Below, piece by piece: positions 51,711 to 64,000 of a DNA stretch of 64,000 nucleotides (its first letter is position 1; each line of letters opens with the position of its first letter). The translations under genes were made by a program, and so were the position numbers. The DNA is taken from contig NC_057719.1 in assembly GCF_004010195.1 (NCBI RefSeq), positions 4,743,708-4,807,707 on the forward strand, given 5' to 3'. The notes under the pieces were generated by a model, which did no database searches, had not been told where the DNA came from, and saw only the letters and a program-made list of their open reading frames with translations. The stretch comes from Chiloscyllium plagiosum. Its lineage: Eukaryota.

Positions 51711-52393
51711 GCCACACAAGTGGATACAAGACTGTCTTAGAAATGTTCATTATTCCCAATGTAAGAAAGGCATTAGTGAGATTTTTTTTGCATTCTACAG
51801 AGCCATTTTATGTTAATCTGGCGATTTAGTGATTTAAGAGCAGCTATGTACTCTGCCCTAAACTGAAGAGAACTTAAATTGAAAGATAGGTCTTTGGCTT
51901 TTCACACGTAAGAGTACTAATTGAGCAAATTACATCCCAATTGAAGTAATTTTATTCTGGTATATCCCCTTGCTAAAAGTGTAGAAAGTTGTCTTCAAAT
52001 TTGAAAGTGTGTGGGGAATAGATTCAAACATTAATGTAGATGTTAGAGGGCCACTGATGTGTGATTCATTTCTCTTCTCATGAGTGCTTATTTACATTCC
52101 TTACTTTTTTTGAGATCTTTGCACTAACAGAAAATTAATTACTGGTGTATCACCCAAGTAGTGGTGCAATAAGTCACATGTCCAAACATAGTCCAGATTG
52201 GAAGTACAAAACCCATCACTGTTTTGCCACACTGTGACTATCTGTTTTAATAGGTATAAAATATTCTCTGACCAGCTTCATATCAGGTTCTGCTTCTTAG
52301 ACAGTAATTGCATTTGTACTAAAATATTAATAAATGATAATTAAATTGTAGTCCCTGTTAGTAACGCACCATTCTGAAAGCAAGGAAGTCTAA

Positions 52394-52636
<243 letters not shown>

Positions 52637-55600
52637 TAAGTCCTGCCATTCCCTTTCTCTGATATCCAGCAGCACTGGTTGTTATGAACATTTTTGTTGG
52701 TTCTTGGGTCAAACAACACTGCTCGTGGAAAGGAAACTGAGAATTCATCTCTCATCATAGATATCCCACTTGTCACTGGGTCAGAAGCCAGTTGTTGTTA
52801 ACTTTTTCCAGCAAAATAATTGTTTGTAATTATGTTTTCAAAGATTCCAAGGTTGAGTTGAGGTTCTTCAGTTTTTCACTTGATGCCTTTCTTGCATTTC
52901 CATCAAATGCATGGCTATCCATAAAATAAGCCTTCTAAAGGGCTGCAGATTGTTGCAGCAGGAACCACGCAGCAAAAGCTGCGCAAAATCACTAAGAGCC
53001 TGGCTTTTCTTGAGAGAAAGCATGATTAAATGGTCAGAGTTAGGCAGTATGTATAAGATAAATCCTCCAGAGTATGGATATGGGTTAATTTTCCTGTTCT
53101 GTGCTTAACTTTTATGTGCTCTTTTTATTTGTGGGCATGTTTAATATTTAGATAAAGCTCGGTTTCAAGAATTCGGTGATGGATATATTTTGTGAAGTAC
53201 AGTATTTTGGTGCCTCTGTTACATTTGAAACATGCAGATTGAAAAAGCCATGCCTGTGAAATAACATCTTGTATTTTAATTTTGTTTGAATCATTGCTTG
53301 GTTTTGTTAACGGCAACTTCTTGAGACACAATGCTTTAGGTTTATTGAACCCAGCTAAGTATATGGTTAAGTAGATTGCTGTGAGTAAATTTGAGTGTTC
53401 TGGCAAATGATGATATAAAGTCAGTTTTTAAAAATTTCATTATGTGTATCTAAAATCAACTTCCAATTCCTTGAAATTCTTATGGAAGCTGACTACCTAA
53501 ACCAAACACATGTTTTGTACTCAAATGTGTTTTTGAATGTTATGGTCAATTCTGTCCTTGTTACCATGCAAACTAAGATTTTGTTTTGATTATACTAATG
53601 TCTTCCATTGATACAAAAGCAGGAAAGTAGCAAATATTCTGCATCTGTGATTTTATGTATATTTAAGTGAAATTATGCACTTTGGTTTTCAGTAATGTAG
53701 GAATTGTTTTATTATATACGTCTTTTGCTTCTACTCAATATGTCACTCATGAACAGATCATGGGATGTTAATTATACTGCCAGATATGCATCATTGATGT
53801 TAAGTAATAAAAAGTTTAAATAGTATATTGGATGATGAAGCTTTATATTACGAACATGCAATTTCAAGCAAAATGGTTACGGTTGTTTAATTTAATCTAC
53901 ATTTAGAAACTAATTCAAACTGAGCAGAACGACTGCTGTTGGAGCTTTTATGAAGAATTAATTAAATATTTTAATAGTAGCCATGTTAGCAGGCAATGCC
54001 ACATACTCGTATTGTTCAAAGTCTTGTTGCTTTCTGCCTCGTTTGTTCCATTCCAGCTATTTATTTGACTGGGAGATGGTTTTGAAAATAAGCAACCTTT
54101 TGTTCACGCTATCGGTCATTTTAAGTGATACCAAATACTTGGATTTTTACCTATCTGCTCCTGAATGAATTTCCTCTGGTGGGCCAGAATTGAAGGACTT
54201 TCTCTCTAGTCCTGAATAGTCCTGTACCAAAGAAGGACAATTTAATGGTGTCACTCATTCTTAAAATGTCACAGCAGGAAAAGGTCTGCTGACGTTAGCT
54301 GTTTCGCTTGGCAGAAACCAAAAATGACCTCTTTCCTCATTTACTGCAGTCAATGTTATTGCATTGAGGAAGGCATTTAAAACACTTGTTTATCCCCCTG
54401 ATCAAATGAATAAGTGGTAGCTAAATTTGCCAAATAACTACTTGATTTTGTTTCAGTTATTTAATGTCAAGCATGTGCAAACTTTGATAATTCAAGTAGA
54501 TATTCTACAAAAATCCAAAAGTTGAAAAATCTGTGAATGTCCTTGCTGCTTAACAGTTACACTATAACCACTCCAGTCAGAAATATATATTCTGAATCAC
54601 TGGTTGTCTGGAAATTTTTTGAGTCAACTAAAGCAATACATGATACTACTTTAGTACGATACTTCAGGTGTGATAATTTGGAAGATGCAGTATATGAATA
54701 AATAACAATTTTTCTTGGTGTTTAATAATAATTTATCACTGTTTTGCTTCATGTGAATATTTATAATCTTTTGTTTCATTTGTTCCTGGAACGTGGGCTC
54801 AGCTGGGTAGGCCAGCGTTTATTGCCCATTTGTAATAGAGGGTAAGTACCAGCCATAGTGCTGAGGATTGGAGTCATATGATGGCCAAACTGGATAAAAG
54901 ATGGCATATGCTCTTCCCTAAAAGATATTCGTAAACCTGATGGGTTTTTACAACAATCATAAATAGTCACATACTCACCATTTTTATTCCATGCTTTTTA
55001 TTGCATTCAAGTCTCTATCTGGTGGGATTTGAACCCTGTTCCCAAAGCATTAGCCTGGGGTTTGGAATTACTATTCAGTGACACCACTATGTTGCAGCCT
55101 CTTCCGTCATACTTGCGATAAGGCTTTCTAACAACATTACAATCGAGAAAATTTAAAATACTGTAATGACTTGATCCTGAACATTCCAGACAATGGAGAT
55201 GTTGCAGTGTACACTAGGACGTCTTGTGGCACAGTGGTAGTATACCAGGTTCAAACCCCATCTGTTCAGAAGTGTGTCATAATAGTTTGATTAGACAGTA
55301 TTTACTTGTGATCCATGGGGAGTAACTTTCAGACAATCAAGTGAAGCTTTCCCTCAAATCTCCGAAATCTTATTTGGGAAAGGCAATATCCAATATTGAT
55401 TACTGACATTGCATTTCCTGGTAATAGTAGATCTGGAATAAACAATTGTACAAATGACTAGTTCCAAAGCTATGTCAGCAGCCATCACAGATAAAGCCTG
55501 GATCCAGATCAACTACTTGCCAAAGCAAAGAAATGAGCTTGAGGGAGTCTCGGTCACCTGAGTGCATGCTCCCCATTCTGGAAGGCACAATGTTTGAGCT

Positions 55601-56369
55601 AGTAGTCTCAAAGCAAGCATCGCATCTTATGATCTTAAAATTAGAATCAGTGAGGCAGCCAGGATTTGCAGAGCGTGCTCAAAGGTGTTTGTACCTGGAT
55701 TGTTCAGTAAATGATCAAGTTCAGAGATGGCAAATATAAGGCGTTGCATATATTGGAACTGATAAAAGCAATCATGTGAGAGAGAAAATACCAAGGGAGA
55801 TATTGAGAGAGACCTGGTTTATCTGTTTTAGTGACAGTGAATACAAGTGCAGAGATGGAATATGTGCTATTTTCCTTCTTCCTCCATTGCCCCAAACACA
55901 CTTACCAAGTGAAAGCAATTTTAAAATGCTGCTTTCAGTTTAGTACAGTGCATTGACTGCTCAACATGTGGTCTCCACTTCATTGGGAAGATCAAATGCA
56001 GATTGAGTAACTATTTTATAGAATATTTGCAGGCCTGACACATCCTCCTATTACTAAAAGCGTGACAGGAATGCTGATAAGTGATTGCTTGTCAGTGTAC
56101 TTTTTTTTTATCACTCTTCCAAAATTAGAATATTTGTTTAAACTAAGAATCAGGAAATCAAGAAAAAGTTTTGGAGTAGATATAACGTTAAGTAAATTAA
56201 TAAGAGCAGAGAGTGAGTCTAAAGGCAAAAATTAATATTAATCATTGAACAATGTACTGATTTTATCCTAAAATAGGGATTAGAGATTTACTTTTCAGTC
56301 CAGCCCCATGATACCTGTGCCCTGTGTTTGTAATTCCTAATCATTCATGTATTAATTTGATTCCTGTGG

Positions 56370-58140
56370 AAGCAATAAAAGCTAACACACTGTATGCCTT
56401 CTTAACAACCTTATCAACCTGGGTGGCAACCTTCAGAGATCTACGCACACGGACACCGAGATCCCTCTGCTCATCCACATTACCAAGAATCTTACTATTA
56501 GCCCAGTACTCTGAATTCCCTCCAAAGTGAATTATCTCTCACTTTTCTGCATTAAACTCCATTTGCCACCTCTCAGCTCAGCTCTGCAGCTCATCTGTCA
56601 TTCTGTAACCTGCAACTTCCTTCAGCACTTTCCACAACTCCTCCAACCTTAGTGTCATCTGCAAATTTACTAACCTATACTTCTACGCCCTCATCCAGGT
56701 GATTTATAAAAATGACAAACAACAAGCACCCTAACTGAGCCATCACGTCTCATCTTAATATAAGTCGTCTTCTTCCTCTTGACAAGAGATTCAATTTCTT
56801 TAGTGAACCACTGTTCCCTCGCTCGACTACTTCCTCCCTACCTGGCTGGTACATGCTTATCAAAGGCATGCAGTAGCTGTTCCTTGAACAAGCTCCACAT
56901 TTCAATTGTGCCCTTCCCCTGCAATTTCCTTCCTTCTTCTATGCATCCTTTATCTTGCCTGATCGCATCATAATTGCCTTTCCCCCCCAGCTATAACCGT
57001 TGCCCTATGGTATATACCTATCCCTTTCCATCACTAAAGTTAAGGTAACCGAATTGTGGTCACTATCACCAAAGTGCTCACCTACCTCCAAATCTAACAC
57101 CTGGCCTGGTTCGTTACCTAGTACCAAATCCAATGTGGCCTCGCCTCTTGTTGGCCTATCTACATAGTGCGTCAGGAAACCCTCCACACATTGGACAAAA
57201 ACTGACCCATCGAAAGTGCACGAACTATAGCATTCCCAGTCAATATTTGGAAAGTTAAAGCCCCCCCCCATAACAGCCACCTTGTTACTTTGGCTTTTAT
57301 CCCGAATCATCTGTGCAATTCTTTCCTCTACGTCTCTAACTATTTGGAGGCCTATAGAAAACTCCCAACAGGGTGACCGTCTTTCCTGTTTCTAACCTCA
57401 CCCCATTCTACCTCAGTGGATGAGTCCTCAAACATCATTTCTGCCACTCTAATATTGTCCTTGACTAACAATGTCACACCTCCCCCTCTTTTATCACTTA
57501 CCCTGATCTTACTGAAACATCTAAACCCCAGAACCAGCAACAACCATTCCTGTCCGTTCTCCGTACATATATCCGAAATGGTCACAATATCAAAGTCTCA
57601 GGTACTAACCCATGCTGCAAGTTCACCCACCTTATTCCAGATGCTCCTGGCGTTGAAGTAGATACACTTCAAACCACCTTCCTGCCTGTCGGTACACTTC
57701 TATGACCTTGAAACCTTATTCATGACCTCACTATTCTCAACCTCCTGTACACTTGAGTTACAATTTAGGTTCCCATCCCCTGCTGAATTAGTTTAAACCC
57801 TCCCGAAGACGATGAGCAAATTTCCCTCCAGGATATTAGTACCCTTCTGGTTCAGGTGTAGACCATCCTGTTTGTAGAGGTCCCACCTACGCCAGAATGA
57901 GCCCCAATTATTCAGGTATCCAGCAAACACCCAACTTTTATATACATGTAGGGGGGAGAAAAGGCCCAGAGTCCTCTGCACGCTGGTAAGTTTTTAAATG
58001 AACAATTTACCTTACCGACAGCCCCCTTGTTTCCACTCTAGCCAGTCCAGCTGCAGAAATGAAGGCTCCTGTTCCCACGAGGTAAGTTTTTAAATGAAGA
58101 ACATAGCTTCCCGATAGCCTCCGGTTTCCATTCTTACCTA
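56370..58140 (-). mobile_element. Internally deleted CR1-type LINE retaining the ORF1 SGNH-esterase end, APE endonuclease and part of RT, plus probable 5'-UTR repeats
   Basis: WGSFWRRWDLYKQDGLHLN (57793-57981); FNFPNIDW..RPTRGEATLDLVLGN..GDSDHNSV; ~96-bp-period direct repeat at 57985-58138. Confidence 0.85.
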
Positions 58141-60103
58141 TTAATCACTGAAGATGCTATTTCTCAATTGGAGTTAATTCTAGATAGATGTGGCATTGAA
58201 GGAATTAAAATTGGCACAAAGGAAGTGTGGTATAGATTGATGAAGGTGATTGCAAAAGAGCCTGATGTTGTGTCTCAGCCTATAACCATGTATTGTCGTC
58301 ATCATTTCTCTATGGTGTTAGCAGAGATTTCTGTTCAGTGACTCTGAAAAATAGATTATAATTCAAGAGTTTCTAATTACTTTGAAGTACTTTCTGATGT
58401 ACAATGTGTATGGTGGTATGGACAAATGAGGCCACTATTTTATATAGAAGCTGATTCCACAAACTTCAATATGAATTATCAATTGTGACGATTTTTAGTG
58501 ATTATTGATGGGGGAATGGTGATTGAGACACTGAGAATTCCCTGTACTCCTACAAAAAATGCAACAATTTTACCTTGAACCATTGAAGAAGGTAACTCAA
58601 AGAAGTTTGTGTGCTTGAGTCCACAATTTGCAAGAGAAAGTGAAGCTGGCAATCTACAAAGTAGCTGGTTGTTTCCTTTATTGAATCTTTGTTGTGAAGC
58701 AGAGCACTGTGTGATAATTATGCAAAATTTAATTTAGGTTGGTCTAAAGAATAACTATATTGAGCATTGGTATGATGTACAATCATGTGATTTTCAAAGT
58801 GCTAAAATCTGTACATCTTATGATTCAAAACTTTCTTATTGCATACTTGTATTTTCTGCAACTACCTGTGGACTTATAGTAGGAACACAGGTGCAGGAGT
58901 AGGCCATTTAACCCTTTGAATCTGCTTAATTCAATTAGCTCACAACTGATCACTATTTCCTTTTGTTCACCAATACTTCCCACTCCCCCTCCAATGAAAA
59001 ATAATCTGCCTTTCTGTTTCTACCAATGTGAATAACTTTTCACTTATTAGCATTGTATTTCTTCTGAATGTTCTTGTCCATTCCGTTAGACTGTCCAAGT
59101 TATCTTGAATCCTGTTTGCATCTTCTTTGCAACTTGCATTCGCATCCAATTTGGTGTCATAAGAAAATTTGGATTATTACAATTCGTCCCCACATTCAGA
59201 TCATTCATGACTGTTTGCTGACTAGTGCATGCGCCTCTTTAAGTCACAAATGCACATTCAAAGGGTTTTGGGGGACGGGAGGGTTAGCTGGAAGAAAAAG
59301 GAGGAGGACAGCAGAAAGAGGGCCACTGGACACCTGGGTCCTGTTCCCTTGTTACCTCCAGGAATTCCCCCTCTCACCAACGTTCCCTGCTCCCATATCC
59401 TACCACTGAAGCCCATTTCATATCCGTGCTTCCCTGCACATTAGCAATGTGGTGTTTGCGTATGAAGTCACACAATTCTACATGATAACATGCTGTGTTT
59501 GGAATTGTACGCATGTGCATTCTCAAATTGACACAAGTGCCATAGTTGTCCACAATTGCAAACACAGCCAAAGCCGAAACCTTTTGTAACTGCAAGTCCC
59601 ACAGTGTACAAAGACATGCATTGCCAGTTAACCTGTTTACTTTTCCTTTCAAGAAAGGATAACACATGTTCAGAATTCTTTTTTTCTAAACATTACCTCA
59701 GATGTGAACTTTTGAAGAAAGGAAAATAAATCACTGGTTCACATGTAAAGCCATTTACTGCACTATAAACTTTTAATTGAACTTCTGCAGTTTACACCTG
59801 TCAAAACCAATAATTTCTATTTGTGTGTTATATTCAAGTTATGTTATCCATTTTTCTTTTTGACTTTTTATTTTGAACACTGAGATGTGACAGAAAATCA
59901 AAATTCAAGATAATTAATTTACAAAATACAATTAGGAATAGGGGTAAGTCATTTGGCACCTTGAGCTAGCTCAGCCATTTGATAAGTTCACAGCTAGTCC
60001 AGTTGTGACCTCAACTCTACTTTCCTGCTTACCTCTTATAACTTGCTTATAACTTGTTTTTCAGCACAATTTTTAGGCAAAAACATTGCTTTAAAATGAC
60101 TAA

Positions 60104-60295
<192 letters not shown>

Positions 60296-60352
60296 TAGGC
60301 TGATTTTCTTTTAATAAATTAATCTCTTCTTTCTTACCTGTTCTTTTTCTAG

Positions 60353-60772
<420 letters not shown>

Positions 60773-61314
60773 TAAAGCAACTACAACAAAAGGCAGGTGG
60801 CGATCTCATTCTGTTGAGAGCCCTATCTTGGCACACTGCTACAGTGCACAGTCAAGGAGGTGGAGGAAATAGGCTGGAGAGTCTGTACAGGTTTAGTGCC
60901 ATATCTTGTAGTAGATCTTCAAAACTCCAAGTAGGTCACTTAGATGTCCTTTCCAGCCAAGGTATAGGATTGAACATCAGGTTGCAGGTTGTTAAAAGCC
61001 AGTTCTGCAGAGACTATTTAGTTTATATTTGATTTACTTATTGTAACACTGGAGAAAAAGAAAAGTCTCAAATACTAAGTGTCACAGGAGAAACTGTACA
61101 CAACATACCTGTAAGCTTCTGAAAGGTTAAAAAAAAACACCTCAAGGGTGTCCCCAGCTTTGTTAAACTTTGTGTTTTCTGATATTACTAGTTCAACTTA
61201 AGTACATTTCCATGTTGAAACCTAAAATTGAGAGAATTTCTAATGCAAAAATACCACTTAATTCTGTTGCCTTTATAAGTGACAGTTGTAGGATTTTGTT
61301 TGAGACTGAAACCT

Positions 61315-61623
61315 GGGGTGACATGGTGGCTCAGTGGTTAGCACTTCTGCCTCACAGCGCCAGGGACCCGGGTTCGATTCTGGTCGACTGTCTGTGTGGA
61401 GTTTGCACATTTTCCCCATGTCTGCATGGGTTTCTTTCGATTGGTCCAGCTTCCTCCCACAATCCAAAGATGTGCATGGCAGGTGAATTGCCTATGCTAA
61501 ATTGCCCATAGTGTGAGGTGCATTAGTTAGGGGTAAATGTGGGGAATGGGTCTGGGTGGAGAGTTGGTGTGGACTTGTTGAGCCAAAGGGTCTGTTTCCA
61601 TACTATAGGGAATCTAATCTAAT
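61315..61623 (+). mobile_element. HE1-type V-SINE ending 26 nt upstream of the exon at 61650
   Basis: A box ggtggctcagtggttagc, B box ggttcgattc, V-domain, and tail gggaatctaatctaat. Confidence 0.9.
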
Positions 61624-61649
61624 AAATAGTCTCTTGTTCTTTTATGCAG

Positions 61650-61792
61650 GAAGACATCAAGTCGCTAACAGCCCACGTCATAGAAAATTACTGGAAAGCA
61701 CTTGAAGATGTGGATTATGTGCAGACGTTCAAAGGGTTGAAACTACGTTATGAGCAGCAAAGGGAAAGGCAGGATAATCCAAAACTTGACAG
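61650..61792 (+). CDS. ppp4r3a: ppp4r3a exon (approx. 12), 143 bp, phase 0/2; not in the ORF track
   Basis: tatgcag|GAA GAC ATC ... CTT GAC AG|gtgatt. Encodes [47 protein letters not shown]. Confidence 0.96.
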
Positions 61793-62690
61793 GTGATTAT
61801 TTTCAATAAATATAATTTCTCTTCCTTAAGGACTTGTAAAAAGCTCCAGTTCATTGGCTGCGTTACATAAAATGTTGAAAAGGCTGCATGAAAAGAGTTT
61901 GGTAAACCAAAAAGTTTGAGTTAGATTATTCAAACTTTTAATTTAGAACATCATATGAAGGAAGGAAAACTGGAGGCAGTCTCTTAGTTTGTTGATTAGG
62001 GAAAGAAGGGATAGAAAATAGAAGTGTGATTTGGTGTTACAAGTCAAAGTGAGTGAAATGTGTGAAGTGATCCTGTCTCATTTCTGCCAGATTTTTTCTG
62101 GACCATAGACAACACACTTCTTTTACTTTTAATTCTGAGCATAATGCTTATTTTTAATGACAGCTGCTTGCATTTGTCACGTCTGAGATATGCTGTTGGT
62201 GTACATCGTGAATTTGTATCCTTGATCTGTTATTGATGAGTAGACTAGGGTTAAATGTATTCCTCGCACTTGTGTGCTCACTTTTTCTGTCCCTTCCCCA
62301 TCTCTCTCATCTTCCCCTTCCTCTCCCTTTCTATGCCTCTGAAATTGGCAGATTGTACTTCTATTGATTTTACACAACTGAATATCTTATGCATGCTTCA
62401 GAAGGCAGTTGAGATTGTTATTGTTGACCGTTAAGAGCCATGTAAGGATGGCGGATTTCTTTCCCTATTAATTAACTATTTGGGATTTTGCAACAATCCA
62501 ATATTTTCCTGACCAATTAATTTACTAAGAAATATATCTCCTTGCATCTTTTTTCCAATTGAATTGAAATTCTTATTGCCATTGTGAGATTTGAACTCCA
62601 GTTATCTGGATTACTATTCCAGCGTTTTAACCACTACCATTCCCACTATGGCAAAGTATTCTGATGTTTTATTTTATCTCTGAAATACAG

Positions 62691-62881
62691 TATGCGCTCC
62701 ATCTTGCGGAATAACAGGTACAGACGAGATGCCCGCACCTTGGAGGAAGAGGAGGAGATGTGGTTCAACACAGATGAGGATGAAATGGAAGATGGGGAGC
62801 CAGTGCTACTACCAACTGACAAGTCAAAAAATGATGACGAAATCATGGACCATTTTGGCAAATTTATGGAGAGGAAAAAAT
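62691..62881 (+). CDS. ppp4r3a: ppp4r3a exon (approx. 13), 191 bp, phase 2/1
   Basis: aatacag|T ATG CGC ... AAA AAA T|gtatgg. Encodes (S)[30 protein letters not shown]...KFMERKK. The donor is placed by homology. Confidence 0.93.
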
Positions 62882-64000
62882 GTATGGAATCTGCCAATTA
62901 AGTGTAAATTCTTCTTTTTATTACTCAACTGCAGGAATAAATGGCTCTCAGGTTGAGCAGTGCTCTCTAGCACAGAAAGTTTCCCCAGTCTCAGTTCTCT
63001 CATGATGGTGGATGCCCTATTACTTCATATGGAGACGGGAGTTCATATTTTGACAAGTGAAAAATCTGCTTGACAAACCGTCTTCAAAAAGCAGCTTCAC
63101 AATGGCCTGTTGGGCAAAAGGCACCACGTGGACTGGGGAGAATGTTAGATTTGGCTTCTGCATCCTTGGGCTCAAAAGGTGGGGATAGAAATCGATCCAG
63201 AATCCCACTCTGACGTTTATCAAATGACAGAAATGCCAAACGACAGAATTAGTCTTGGCAGTAATGCCCTATCCGAAGGATGAGGAGCTAATTTATCCAG
63301 ACTCTTGTAAGAACATTGACCTTTTGGCAATAGGGTGTTTCTAATAGCCATGGAACCACATCTCAGTAGCAGTCAACACTTGTGGTAGAGTGGCAATGTT
63401 GAAATGAATCAGCCAGGATATGTCCCAGAGACCATAGAAAGCAGATAATGCACATTGAAACAAGTATTTGAATTGGTTTTCTCTATCTCCAACTTCATTT
63501 TCATTTAGCTCCCTCCCTCTTTCCCTTATTTTCTGTATATTAGTTATTTGCACTGCCTCAATAGTTAGTGCTTTGATAATTGTTTTTAAATTTTGTAATA
63601 CTGGTGTTTTGGTGGCGGTTTAAAAAGAAGGCTACTTTTCCCCACTGAGTGTTGGTCAGGAAGGGGAGAGAGCAGGCTGGAGTTTGTACTGAACTATGGA
63701 CCACAAATAAACAGTTGTGGAAGGCAGACTGAATCCTACTTCCTGCTTTGGTAAATAGATGACTAGCAATGTAGCAGGAAAGTGCAACTGATAACATGTA
63801 AATCACAGTACAATTTGAGATTGTGAAATTATTCATATGTCAAACTAAACATTTATGTATCTGAACCAATGTAGGCCTAGCAAAGAAATTGAATCCATAT
63901 AAAATATAAAGGCTGTTAGTTTGAGAGGAATCTAATTGATTGGGGTAGAGGGAGAGCTGCAGTTTTGATCTTGCTTTAATTTAGATCTTACTGCTTACAA

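Noticed and set aside
53406..53492. Box C/D snoRNA candidate (ATGATGA...CTGA)
   Set aside because: No terminal stem and no recognisable rRNA guide; expected by chance in AT-rich intron.
59229..59444. 71-aa ORF as an independent gene or in-frame ppp4r3a exon
   Set aside because: No recognisable homology, and the nearby acceptors are in the wrong phase for the upstream phase-1 donor.

Overview
Eukaryotic genomic DNA, most likely from a shark (inferred from HE1-type V-SINEs, HER1/CR1-type LINEs and DeuSINE-like elements). The whole window lies inside one + strand gene, ppp4r3a (SMEK1, PP4 regulatory subunit 3A). Ten internal coding exons (6531-62881) have canonical AG/GT boundaries and mutually consistent phases. 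The N-terminal EVH1-domain exons and the last exons lie outside the window. The introns are mostly retroelements: many CR1-type LINE fragments, three SINE families, a decayed Gypsy LTR element (10.6-14.9 kb) and several Penelope-like elements (PLEs). There is one 764-N assembly gap. I see no wholly new biological system. The best leads are: PLE termini carrying minimal hammerhead-ribozyme motifs, three with intact cores on the pre-mRNA strand; palindromic PLE insertions with ~14-bp target duplications; a 227-bp-arm fold-back hairpin in a LINE, plus smaller fold-backs; a SINE tail placed where an exon's branch point should be; and a few candidate alternative splice sites. Family names and comparisons with human proteins come from recall, not database searches. 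Exon numbers are assumed from the human gene.
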